Positions 43,919 to 52,990 of a stretch of 58,186 bases of DNA are shown piece after piece. A program made the translations under genes and the position numbers. Within the stretch, counting starts at the first letter, position 1. Each line of letters opens with the position of its first letter. The notes below the pieces were generated by a model. That model had not been told where the DNA came from. It worked only from the letters and a program-made list of their open reading frames with translations, and did no database searches. The stretch is from Patescibacteria group bacterium (GTDB taxonomy: Bacteria; Krumholzibacteriota; Krumholzibacteriia; Krumholzibacteriales; Krumholzibacteriaceae), in the NCBI GenBank assembly GCA_035529435.1, contig DATKWS010000091.1, positions 1-58,186 on the forward strand, read 5' to 3'.

Positions 43919-44689
43919 TTGATAATCAAGAGGAAAGCGATCGTCATGGACGGCGTGCAGCTCCACCGCACGATCACCCGGATCGCCCACGAAATCGTCG
44001 AGCGCAACAAGAATGTGGAGGAGCTGATTCTCGTCGGCATACGGAAACGGGGCGTGCCGCTCGCCGAGCGGATCGCCGGCGCGATCGGTCAGTTCGAAAA
44101 TGTCGAAATTCCCGTCGGGGCGCTTGATATCACGCTCTACCGCGACGATCTCCAGATGATCTCGCGCAATCCGGTGGTCGGCAAGACCGAGATCAATGTC
44201 GATATCAACGGCCGTACCATTGTTCTCGTCGATGATGTGCTGTTCACCGGCAGGACGGTCCGCGCCGCTCTCGACGAGTTGATCGACTTCGGGCGTCCCA
44301 AGGAGATACAGCTCGCCGTCCTGATCGACCGGGGGCATCGCGAGTTTCCGATCAGGGCGGATTTCGTGGGCAAAAACGTTCCAACGGCCAACCTCGAAAC
44401 AGTCGAGGTACTGCTCGAAGAAACGGACGGCGAGGATCAGGTCGTGCTGAGCGATGTCATCGGTGGCGAGCAGGGGAAGACCATGGTGGGCATGACGCCG
44501 GAAACGCCCGCGGCCGAAACAGGGCAGGAACCATCCGGAGAAGGGCCTGGACCGACGGAGAGCGGGCGGCAGGCCCGCAAAAAACAAACACGTGAGAAGA
44601 AGACGGGGAAACGCACGGAGGCCGGCCGATCCGTGGGTAAGGGTGCGAAGCCCGGCCGATCCCGAAACAAGGGCGCGAAGTCACGCTAG
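43919..44689 (+). CDS. pyrR: Bifunctional pyr mRNA-binding attenuation protein / uracil phosphoribosyltransferase, with a ~75-aa K/R-rich C-terminal tail
   Basis: '[17 protein letters not shown]', the PRPP motif '[19 protein letters not shown]' and '[12 protein letters not shown](F)P'. The TTG start has GAGGAGG 7 nt upstream. Residues ~181-256 are a low-complexity basic extension. Confidence 0.9.
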   Translation: MIIKRKAIVMDGVQLHRTITRIAHEIVERNKNVEELILVGIRKRGVPLAERIAGAIGQFENVEIPVGALDITLYRDDLQMISRNPVVGKTEINVDINGRTIVLVDDVLFTGRTVRAALDELIDFGRPKEIQLAVLIDRGHREFPIRADFVGKNVPTANLETVEVLLEETDGEDQVVLSDVIGGEQGKTMVGMTPETPAAETGQEPSGEGPGPTESGRQARKKQTREKKTGKRTEAGRSVGKGAKPGRSRNKGAKSR

Positions 44690-44736
44690 GCGGTGCCGGT
44701 ATACCGTTCACGAGGCAGAAAGGGGGCACGTCCGAG

Positions 44737-45687
44737 GTGCAGTTCAATCACAAGGACCTCTTGGATCTCGATGTTCTCAACGCCGGGGAGATCACGCAGA
44801 TACTCGACACGGCTGATTCCTTCAAGGAGGTTTCAGAGCGTAAGATCAAGAAGGTACCCGCGCTCCGCGGCACGACGGTCGCCAACCTGTTCTTCGAACC
44901 GAGCACGAGGACCCGCATCAGCTTCGAGCTTGCCGAAAAGCGCCTCAGCGCCGACTCGGTCAATTTCTCGAAGATGACATCGTCCGTGGTCAAGGGTGAG
45001 AGCCTCCGGGATACGGCGGAGAATATCCAGGCGATGAAGGTCGATATCGTCGTCATGCGTCATTCCTCATCCGGTGCACACCAGTTTCTCTCCGAGTTTC
45101 TCGATGCCTCGATCATCAACGCGGGGGACGGCCAGCATGCGCACCCGACGCAGGCGCTGCTCGATATGATGACGCTCAAGCAGCGGTGGGGAACGTTCGA
45201 GGGAAAACGCGTCACTATTATCGGCGATATCATGCACAGCCGCGTCGCGCGGTCGAACATATGGGGTCTCACCACGATGGGGGTTGCGGTCACCGTGTGC
45301 GGTCCGCCGACCATGATGCCGGTCGATGTGGAGAAGCTCGGCACGGGAAGCGTCACCGTCGAGTATGATTTGCACAAGGCGGTGGAGGGTGCCGATGCCG
45401 TCAATATCCTCCGCATCCAACTGGAGCGCCAGAAGGCGGTGCTCTTCCCGAGCACCCGCGAGTACTTCGATGTGTTCGGCGTCACACCCGCTGTTCTCGA
45501 TGAGGCCCCGAAGCACTGTATCGTCATGCATCCCGGTCCAATGAACCGAGGTGTCGAGATCAGCCAGGACATCGCCGACGGTGACCGCGCCGTGATTCTC
45601 GAGCAGGTCACGAACGGAGTCGCGGTCAGGATGGCCGTTTTGTTCCTGCTCGCCGGCGGTAAGATCGAGGAAAGCGATATACGGTAG
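44737..45687 (+). CDS. pyrB: Aspartate carbamoyltransferase catalytic subunit
   Basis: 'FFEPSTRTRISFE', 'HAHPTQALLD' and 'HPGPMNRGVEI'. Confidence 0.92.
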   Translation: MQFNHKDLLDLDVLNAGEITQILDTADSFKEVSERKIKKVPALRGTTVANLFFEPSTRTRISFELAEKRLSADSVNFSKMTSSVVKGESLRDTAENIQAMKVDIVVMRHSSSGAHQFLSEFLDASIINAGDGQHAHPTQALLDMMTLKQRWGTFEGKRVTIIGDIMHSRVARSNIWGLTTMGVAVTVCGPPTMMPVDVEKLGTGSVTVEYDLHKAVEGADAVNILRIQLERQKAVLFPSTREYFDVFGVTPAVLDEAPKHCIVMHPGPMNRGVEISQDIADGDRAVILEQVTNGVAVRMAVLFLLAGGKIEESDIR

Positions 45688-45767
45688 GGGCGGCGGTCGG
45701 CCGCCCGCGGGGAGTGCGGTCGAACGCGCGGGGAGCCACCGTGTCATGAAAAGACGAGGGAGTATCG

Positions 45768-47081
45768 ATGATCACGTGGAAAGACAAACGCGAGTTCTGG
45801 ATCATGGGCGCGAAGCTGGCCGATCCTGAGGCGGGGCGCCTGCGAACGGGATCGATCCTCGTACAGCGGGGAAGGATCGAGGATATCGTCTGGCAGCGCG
45901 AGGTCGAAACCGATCTGCCGGTGCTGGAAGCGGATCAGTACCTCGTGGCGCCGGGCTTCATCGATATCCACGTCCACCTCAGGGAGCCCGGGTACGAGGA
46001 GAAGGAGACGATCGCGACGGGCACCGCCGCCGCGGCCGCCGGCGGGTTCACGGCGGTGGCGTGCATGGCGAACACCAAACCGGCGATCGATGATCCCAGC
46101 GTGATCGAGTACGTCAACAAGAAGGCCGAACAGTGCGCGAATTGCCGTGTCTACGTCATCGCCGCAGTCACGAAGGGCCTCGAGGGAAAAGTGATCAATG
46201 AATACCATCTCCTCAAGGAGGCCGGCGCGGTCGCCCTGAGCGACGATGGAAAACATGTAACGAACAGCCAGGTGATGCGCTCGGCGCTTGAATATGCCGG
46301 TATGTTCGGACTGACCGTGATCGCTCATTGCGAGGACGCGTTCCTCGTATCGGGATCGCAGATCAACGAGAGCTTCACCTCGACGCGCCTCGGGCTCAAG
46401 GGGGCACCCGCCGCGGCCGAGGAGATCGCCGTGTCACGGGACATTCGGCTCGCGCAGCTGACCGGATCACGACTCCACGTCGCGCACGTCTCCACGGCCG
46501 GGGCGGTCGATCTTGTCAAGCGGGCGAAAAAGAAAGGCTTACCCGTGACGGCCGAGGCGACCCCCCACCATCTGACGATGGACGATTCCCTCCTGATGGA
46601 TTACAATACGAACCTCAAGGTGAATCCACCGTTGCGGGGGGTCGATGATATGAAGGCCCTCGTCGCGGCGGTGCGTGACGGGACGATCGACTGCATCGCC
46701 ACGGATCACGCCCCGCACAACGAGATCGACAAGCAGGTGGAGTTTGATCAGGCGCCCCCCGGCATGATCGGGTTACAGACCGCATTCGCCCAGCTGCATA
46801 CGGAGCTCGTTCTCTGCGGTGCGCTGGACCTCGTCGAGCTGGTGAGGTGCTTGACGGTGAAACCGGCGGAGGTCCTCGGCCTTCCGGGCGGCAGGCTGCG
46901 TGCCGGTGACGCGGCGGATCTCGTCGTCATCGATCCCCGGGAGGAATGGACGTTCGAGAGGGCGATGGTCAGATCGAAATCGATCAATACACCACTCCTC
47001 GGAAAAGCCTTCACCGGGCGCGTGCAGGGTGTTTTTCTTGAGGGAAAGTGGCAAAGCGCTATATTAGGGGAGAGGTCGTAA
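45768..47081 (+). CDS. pyrC: Dihydroorotase
   Basis: 'PGFIDIHVHLREPG', 'HCED', 'HVAHVST' and 'ATDHAPH'. Confidence 0.9.
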   Translation: MITWKDKREFWIMGAKLADPEAGRLRTGSILVQRGRIEDIVWQREVETDLPVLEADQYLVAPGFIDIHVHLREPGYEEKETIATGTAAAAAGGFTAVACMANTKPAIDDPSVIEYVNKKAEQCANCRVYVIAAVTKGLEGKVINEYHLLKEAGAVALSDDGKHVTNSQVMRSALEYAGMFGLTVIAHCEDAFLVSGSQINESFTSTRLGLKGAPAAAEEIAVSRDIRLAQLTGSRLHVAHVSTAGAVDLVKRAKKKGLPVTAEATPHHLTMDDSLLMDYNTNLKVNPPLRGVDDMKALVAAVRDGTIDCIATDHAPHNEIDKQVEFDQAPPGMIGLQTAFAQLHTELVLCGALDLVELVRCLTVKPAEVLGLPGGRLRAGDAADLVVIDPREEWTFERAMVRSKSINTPLLGKAFTGRVQGVFLEGKWQSAILGERS

Positions 47082-47143
47082 CCGGTGTCCGCCCGGCCGT
47101 GACAGCGTACAGCGCACGGGGGCCGTACATCGCATGAAGGGAC

Positions 47144-49051
47144 ATGGCCGTGAATGCCCGCTTATCACGTGGTTCCGTTACGGTTGCAATCGTATCGATA
47201 TGCATCGCGCTGTCCGCGTACTCCTGCGCGTACTTCAATACCCTGTACAATGCCCGGCGCGTCTACAACGAGGCCGAGGTACAGCGCGAGGAGCGCGGTG
47301 TCGACAGGCAGCTCAAGGATAAGTACGGTGAGGTCGTGAAGAAATGCGCGAACCTCATCAGCAGCTATCCGAACAACCGCTGGATCGACGATGCGCTCTT
47401 CCTCATGGGGCAGGCGCTCGTGCGGCAGGGTGAATACAACAACGGCATCAGGAAATTCATGGAGCTCAGGACAAATTTCCCGGACAGCAAGTATGCCGCT
47501 CCATCACTGTACTGGCTGGCGCTGGCCAACTTCGAAAAGCGGGATTATCTGCAGGCAATCGAGTTCGCCAAGCGGTTCCTGGACCGGAATCCCAATCACG
47601 AACTGCGTTACCGGGTCATGTTCCTGGCCGGCGATATTCTCCTCGAGCTCGAGAATACCGAAGAGGCGTTGAATTTCTACTCGATGGTCGCCGAACGTGC
47701 CTCGAAACGCGAGGTGGTCGATGAGGCGGTGCTGAAGAGCGCGGAGCTGTTCTACAAGAAGGAACGGTGGAGTGAGGCGGTCGCGAGCTACGAGAAAGCG
47801 CTGCGCAAGGGCCTGCCGTGGGAGCTGCGTTACAATATATCCCTCGCTCTCGGTGAATGTTACACCAAGATCGGCCGGTGTACCGAGGCGATGGGGATAT
47901 TCGACGCGCTGATCGAGGAGATCGTGACATCCAAGGAGAAGCCTCCCGTCGTGTTGGGACGCGCCGCCAGTTACGAATGCATGGATTCACTCGATGCGGC
48001 GCTCACCGTCTACCGGGAGGTGACGAAGGATTTTCCGAAATCCATATTCTCCGCCGAGGCGTACTATCATATGGGAATAATTTACCACGAAAAGATGGAT
48101 TCCCTCGTGCGGGCCCAGGATGCCTTTTCCAAGGTCGCCGGGGAATTCGCCAGTTCGGAATTCGCCGCGGTATCGCTGCAGAAGAGCGGCAGCATGAAGC
48201 GATTCATCGAGTTGCAACAGAGCGAGGGGAAGGGTGAAACGAGGGAGCAGGCTGCGGACAACAGGTTTCTCACGGCGGAGATTCAACTGATGCGCCTAGG
48301 CGAGATGGATCTCGCGATCGGTAACTACCGGGCGGTCATCGACAGCTTCGGTGAGACGGAGATCGCTCCGAAGGCCGGTTATGCGCTCGCCTGGATCTAT
48401 CACTACAAGCTGGCCGATTCGGTGCAGGCCGCTGTCCTGTACCGGGAAATCGCCGAGCGTTATCCCCGTTCACCCCAAGCGAAAGGGGCAATGATCGAGC
48501 TGGGCAATCTCGGCGAGGACGAGCTGAAGGGTGTGCTGGTGGCATATATCGATTCAGCGCTGGCCGATACCGCTGCTGCACGCGTGGAGGAACTCGAACG
48601 GCGACGTCGAATGCAGGCTGATTCGGCCGCGATCGATTCGATGGCCGCCCTGAGAGGTGACAGCACCGGCACGGCCGTCCCGGATTCCGCGACCGTGCAC
48701 CCACCGGGTGTCCTCCGGGGTACCGGCGGCGCCCCGGAGCGTGCGGCCCGGAGGGATTCGCTCCTCATTCCCCTCGGTGGGGGGACTCGGGATACTATGA
48801 CAGCGCCGGATTCGACTGGCATGCTGGATACAATAATCAAACCGCCCGCGGCGGCAACCCCGGCCGATACGGTCACGCCGCCCGGCGGCCCCGCCCCGGC
48901 CGATACGATACCGCCTGCAGGCGGCGCCGTTCCAATCGATACGATAGCACCACCCGGCACTCCCGCCATGCCCGATACGGCCGCTGCGGACGGTGCGGGG
49001 AACGGACCATCGCCTTCCGAATCACTTGAGGACCCGGAGGAGTTTGATTGA
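47144..49051 (+). CDS. TPR-repeat secreted or lipoprotein (BamD/YbgF-like architecture) with a C-terminal 12-aa repeat tail
   Basis: Signal anchor 'VTVAIVSICIALSAYSC', with multiple TPR-like units through about residue 480. Its stop overlaps the pyrK start (TTGA 49048-49051). Confidence 0.75.
   Translation: MAVNARLSRGSVTVAIVSICIALSAYSCAYFNTLYNARRVYNEAEVQREERGVDRQLKDKYGEVVKKCANLISSYPNNRWIDDALFLMGQALVRQGEYNNGIRKFMELRTNFPDSKYAAPSLYWLALANFEKRDYLQAIEFAKRFLDRNPNHELRYRVMFLAGDILLELENTEEALNFYSMVAERASKREVVDEAVLKSAELFYKKERWSEAVASYEKALRKGLPWELRYNISLALGECYTKIGRCTEAMGIFDALIEEIVTSKEKPPVVLGRAASYECMDSLDAALTVYREVTKDFPKSIFSAEAYYHMGIIYHEKMDSLVRAQDAFSKVAGEFASSEFAAVSLQKSGSMKRFIELQQSEGKGETREQAADNRFLTAEIQLMRLGEMDLAIGNYRAVIDSFGETEIAPKAGYALAWIYHYKLADSVQAAVLYREIAERYPRSPQAKGAMIELGNLGEDELKGVLVAYIDSALADTAAARVEELERRRRMQADSAAIDSMAALRGDSTGTAVPDSATVHPPGVLRGTGGAPERAARRDSLLIPLGGGTRDTMTAPDSTGMLDTIIKPPAAATPADTVTPPGGPAPADTIPPAGGAVPIDTIAPPGTPAMPDTAAADGAGNGPSPSESLEDPEEFD
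48788..49003 (+). repeat. In-frame 36-nt (12-aa) tandem repeat, about 6 copies, consensus xDTxxxPPGGxx
   Basis: The translation reads RDTMTAPDSTGM / LDTIIKPPAAAT / PADTVTPPGGPA / PADTIPPAGGAV / PIDTIAPPGTPA / MPDTAAADGAGN. At the DNA level CGATACG recurs with a period of about 36 nt. Confidence 0.7.
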
Positions 49052-49863
49052 TCTTGAGCGGTAAGGGACTGTTCAGCGCGCGGGTTCTCGAGAACAGGGC
49101 GATCTCCCCGTCCACTCACCTCATCGTTATGATCCGGCCCGATGGGTTTCCCGAGGCGCAACCGGGACAGTTCGTCTCGATCCGCATCACCGGCGCGGGA
49201 GCGCCGCTGTTGCGCCGTCCCTACAGCATCTGTGACCTGACCGGCGAAGCGCTCACCCTTCTCGTCAAGATCGTTGGCGTCGGGTCGGCCGCGATCGCGG
49301 GGACACGGCCGGACGAGATGATCGATCTTCTGGGACCGTTGGGGAACGAGACATTTCCTGACCCGGTGGGAGAGGATGCGGTTTTCGTGGCGGGAGGCGC
49401 GGGACTCGCGCCGATCGTTTTCGCCATCCGGCGATGGACGCGGGAAGGGACGATCGGTAGATCCGTCCTGCTCCACGGAGCGGAGTGTCGTGACGAATTA
49501 CTGGGTGACGTGACCGGCGGCGGCCCTACCGAGTTCCGGTGCGCGACGATCGACGGTTCCGAGGGGCATCACGGCGATGTGGTGACTCTCTGCGAGCAAC
49601 TGCTCGATGCGGGGCGCATACCGACCGATCTCCTCTACTCCTGCGGTCCCCGCGGCATGGTGAAGGCACTTGTCGAGCGGGTGGACGGGCGATTCGCAGC
49701 GCATTACACATCTCTTGAAGCCATCATGGCGTGCGGCGTGGGGGCGTGCCGCGGTTGCACGGTACCGGTCGCCACGGAAAGCGGAGCCGTCATGAAGGCG
49801 GTCTGTTCGGACGGCACGGTGTTCCGCGCGCGGGAGATTGCATGGGATGAATGGAAGGACTGA
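49048..49863 (+). CDS. pyrK: Dihydroorotate dehydrogenase electron-transfer subunit
   Basis: FAD-binding 'RRPYSI' and C-terminal 2Fe-2S ligands 'CGVGACRGCTV...CSDG'. GGAGG sits 7 nt upstream of TTG 49048. Confidence 0.88.
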   Translation: MILSGKGLFSARVLENRAISPSTHLIVMIRPDGFPEAQPGQFVSIRITGAGAPLLRRPYSICDLTGEALTLLVKIVGVGSAAIAGTRPDEMIDLLGPLGNETFPDPVGEDAVFVAGGAGLAPIVFAIRRWTREGTIGRSVLLHGAECRDELLGDVTGGGPTEFRCATIDGSEGHHGDVVTLCEQLLDAGRIPTDLLYSCGPRGMVKALVERVDGRFAAHYTSLEAIMACGVGACRGCTVPVATESGAVMKAVCSDGTVFRAREIAWDEWKD

Positions 49864-49938
49864 TGTTTCGGGAGATAGCATGACGGGAGCGGAGGGAATC
49901 ATGTTACGCGGGATGGCGCGGGAGGAGAGAATCGGCTG

Positions 49939-50844
49939 ATGACCCGTGAGCTCGAGCTGCGCATCGGGAACGTGATCTTCCAGAATCCCGTTTTTCTCGC
50001 CTCGGGTCCGGCGGGGTACGGTGCCGAGTACGCGGAGTTGATAGATCTCGGCCGCCTGGGCGGCGTCGTCACAAAGACGGTCACATTCGAGCCAAGACCG
50101 GGCAACCCGGGCAGGAGGCTCTGGGAAACGCCGTCAGGTCTCCTCAACAGTGTGGGTCTCGAAAACGTCGGATCGAAGCGGTTCTTCGCGGAGAAGATCC
50201 CACCACTCATCGATAACGGTGTGAAACCTGTCGTGAGCCTCGGTGCCGAGGACTGGGATCAGTACCGGCGCATGATCGAGATCACCGCATCCGTCGAAGC
50301 GGTGGATGCCGTGGAGCTGAACCTGTCGTGTCCCAATGTCGAACGCGGGGGGATGACGATCGGTACCGATCCGGATCTCCTGTACGAGTACGTGCGGCAC
50401 GCCCGGGATGTTCTGGCGGGGACCGCGATATTCGCCAAGCTGACACCCAACGTCGCCGACATAGCATCGATCGCACTCGCGGCGGAAGAGGCCGGCGCCG
50501 ACGGCATTACGGCGATCAACACGGTGGTCGGCATGGATATCGATACCGTCGACGGGGAACCGATCTTCGATCGCGTCAGGGCGGGACTGTCGGGGCCCGC
50601 AATCATGCCGGTGGCCCTCGAGGCCGTCTGGCGCATCGCGCGAACCGTCGACATTCCGGTCATGGGAGTCGGTGGCATCTCTTCGGTCGGGGACGCGCGT
50701 AAATTCTTCATGGCGGGCGCTTCGGCCGTGCAGGTCGGAACCGCGATATTCTACGACCCCGCACTGCCCGGGCACATCGTCGATGCACTGGAACGGGACG
50801 GCGTACCGGAACCGTGCCCCGGAATGAGAGAGGCAGAGGAATGA
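49939..50844 (+). CDS. pyrD: Dihydroorotate dehydrogenase catalytic subunit (class 1B)
   Basis: 'NPVFLASG', 'VELNLSCPNV', 'AINT' and 'GVGGISS'. Confidence 0.9.
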   Translation: MTRELELRIGNVIFQNPVFLASGPAGYGAEYAELIDLGRLGGVVTKTVTFEPRPGNPGRRLWETPSGLLNSVGLENVGSKRFFAEKIPPLIDNGVKPVVSLGAEDWDQYRRMIEITASVEAVDAVELNLSCPNVERGGMTIGTDPDLLYEYVRHARDVLAGTAIFAKLTPNVADIASIALAAEEAGADGITAINTVVGMDIDTVDGEPIFDRVRAGLSGPAIMPVALEAVWRIARTVDIPVMGVGGISSVGDARKFFMAGASAVQVGTAIFYDPALPGHIVDALERDGVPEPCPGMREAEE

Positions 50845-51569
50845 CACACGAACGCACGCCACCCACGCTGATTACGGCCCTGGATGTCTCGACATCCCGC
50901 GAGGCGCTGGAGCTCGTCGAGGAACTGCGGGGCACGGTCGATTTCTTCAAGATCGGCGGCAGGCTTTTCACGGCGGCGGGGCCCGGCATGGTCGGGCAGC
51001 TCAGGGCCCGCGGCGCCCGCATCTTTCTCGACTGCAAGTTCCACGATATACCGGCGACGGTGGCGGGGGCGGTCGGTGAGGCGACGAAGCTCGGGATCGA
51101 CATGATGACGGTGCACACCGTCGGGGGTGTCGATATGATGCGGGCCGCGGCGGAGGCCGCCGCCGAGGAGGCGGCGCGGGCGAATGTCCGGCGGCCCGTT
51201 ATCGTCGGGGTGACCGTTCTGACGAGCCTGTCCGGCCCGGACGTCGAGGCGGTATTCGGGCGGGGGGTGGACATCGCCGACACGGTCGTCATGCTCGCCG
51301 GCCGGGCCCGTGGGGCCGGACTCGACGGGGTCGTCGCGTCGGTCGGGGAGACGGTGCGAATCAAACGGGATATCGGGAGCGCGTGCGTCGTGGTGACACC
51401 GGGAATCAGACCCGCCGGCGCCGGGGCCGGTGACCAGAAGCGTGTAGCCACACCCCGGCAGGCGGCCGAGGCCGGATCGGATTACATCGTGGTGGGGCGG
51501 CCGATCATTGAGGCGCCGTCACCCGCTGCGGCGGCCCGGCGTATTCTCGACGAACTGCAATACGGGTAA
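50841..51569 (+). CDS. pyrF: Orotidine-5'-phosphate decarboxylase
   Basis: 'LITALDV', 'FFKIG' and 'LDCKFHDIPATV'. ATG 50841 overlaps the pyrD stop (ATGA). The track start at 50814 is rejected. Confidence 0.9.
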   Translation: MTHERTPPTLITALDVSTSREALELVEELRGTVDFFKIGGRLFTAAGPGMVGQLRARGARIFLDCKFHDIPATVAGAVGEATKLGIDMMTVHTVGGVDMMRAAAEAAAEEAARANVRRPVIVGVTVLTSLSGPDVEAVFGRGVDIADTVVMLAGRARGAGLDGVVASVGETVRIKRDIGSACVVVTPGIRPAGAGAGDQKRVATPRQAAEAGSDYIVVGRPIIEAPSPAAAARRILDELQYG

Positions 51570-51578
51570 CTCAACAAC

Positions 51579-52847
51579 ATGCTGAGAGCGACGATCATAT
51601 TCCTGGCAGTCTACGCGGGGCTCGTCGTCTCGAAGCGGCACCGTCCTCTCGTCGCCTGGCTCGGCATCGGTATTGCGCTGGTGGTCGGCGCCCTGCGGCC
51701 GTGGGAAATCGTAACCGGTATCAACTGGAACGTGATCGGGATCTTTGCCGGGTCCCTCATCCTGGCCGAGCTGTTCATCTTCTCCCGCGTGCCCGAGACT
51801 CTGTCCGATCACCTGATCAATCGCAGCGCCAACGTCGGTATTGCGTTTCTCTTCATCGTCGCATTCGCCTCGGTCATTTCGATCTTCATGGACAACGTGG
51901 TGACGGTTCTCATCACCGCCCCGATCGCCCTGCAGCTCGCACGCAAGGCCGGTGTCTCCCCCGTCGCCGTCATCGTGGGACTCGCCATCTCGTCGAATCT
52001 GCAGGGAATGGCGATTCTCATCGGGGATACGCCCAGCATGATACTGGCGGCGCGCATGCGGATGAATTTTCTCGATTTCTTCGTCTATAAAAATTCGGGT
52101 CTTCCCGGGATTTTCTGGATTGTTCAACTCGGGGCCGTCGCGGGATTCGTCGTGCTGTATCTGTTCGTGAAGGACAACAAGCACAAGCCGCAGCACATGG
52201 TGATCACGCCGGTACGGAGCTGGATGCCGGTATGGCTCATCGTCATCCTGATCGTCGCGCTGTCATTCGCCATGTGGATAGACGAGGAGTTCACGTGGTA
52301 CGGGGGAACCGTCTGCATGGTGATCGGTCTCGCCGGTATGATCTGGTACGGGCGACGCAGGTGCCTCGCTGATGCGCGGCAGCTCGTTCTGGGGATCAAC
52401 TGGGACACCGTGCTGTTTCTCGCCGCTGTCTTCGTTCTCGTGTACATGCTGGAGCGCCGGGGGACCGTCGACGCGCTTGTCGCGCGCCTTTCGGTTCTGT
52501 CCGGCGTTTCTCCATTCATCATCTTTACGATCGTCGTCTGGTTCTCGGTGCTGATTTCGGCATTCGTAGACAACGTGCCGTACATCACGGCGATGCTCCC
52601 CGTCGTGATCGGGTTCAGTAAAACAATGGCCATGCGCCCCGAGCTTCTCGTATTCGGCGTGCTGATCGGTTCGTGTTTGGGCGGTAACATAACACCGATC
52701 GGCGCATCGGCGAATCTCGTCGCCGTCGGTATCCTCGAACGCGAGGGGCGGCATGTCTCGTTCGGATCGTTCGTCAGAATCGGGCTGCCGTTCACCGTGG
52801 CGGCGACCGTTGTGGCATACCTCGCGCTCTGGCTGATCTATCATTAG
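51579..52847 (+). CDS. ArsB/NhaD-superfamily (SLC13/YbiR-like) anion permease
   Basis: 422 aa, polytopic, with 'FMDNVVTVLITAPIALQLA' and its repeat 'FVDNVPYITAMLPVV', typical of the inverted-repeat ArsB/NhaD fold. Confidence 0.7.
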   Translation: MLRATIIFLAVYAGLVVSKRHRPLVAWLGIGIALVVGALRPWEIVTGINWNVIGIFAGSLILAELFIFSRVPETLSDHLINRSANVGIAFLFIVAFASVISIFMDNVVTVLITAPIALQLARKAGVSPVAVIVGLAISSNLQGMAILIGDTPSMILAARMRMNFLDFFVYKNSGLPGIFWIVQLGAVAGFVVLYLFVKDNKHKPQHMVITPVRSWMPVWLIVILIVALSFAMWIDEEFTWYGGTVCMVIGLAGMIWYGRRRCLADARQLVLGINWDTVLFLAAVFVLVYMLERRGTVDALVARLSVLSGVSPFIIFTIVVWFSVLISAFVDNVPYITAMLPVVIGFSKTMAMRPELLVFGVLIGSCLGGNITPIGASANLVAVGILEREGRHVSFGSFVRIGLPFTVAATVVAYLALWLIYH

Positions 52848-52876
52848 TTGACTGGCACCGGGCGATTGGCTATTGT
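52848..52876 (+). promoter_or_regulatory. Sigma70-like promoter of the sugar-nucleotide locus
   Basis: TTGACT (52848-52853), 17 nt, TATTGT (52871-52876). Confidence 0.35.
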
Positions 52877-52888
52877 TCCATATTACAT

Positions 52889-52949
52889 GTGCAGGCGTAC
52901 CGGATATTCTGCTATGATGAACGTTTCATGCAGGCCGGTGTACCGGATA
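52889..52949 (+). repeat. Imperfect direct repeat TGCAGGC(CGGT)GTACCGGATA, two copies
   Basis: Copy 1 is gtGCAGGCGTACCGGATA (52889-52906). Copy 2 is TGCAGGCCGGTGTACCGGATA (52929-52949). The GTACCGGATA core is identical in both copies. Confidence 0.6.
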
Positions 52950-52990
52950 CCGATTGCAGTGGATGATACCGTTTCGCAAAGGGGAGTACG

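Noticed and set aside
52853-52870. Sigma54-type promoter (TGGCAC…TTGGC) upstream of the sugar locus, considered because ptsN is in the window
   Set aside because: The spacing between the GG and GC elements is about 2-3 nt longer than the strict -24/-12 geometry. The same bases fit a sigma70 -35/-10 pair with a 17-nt spacer.
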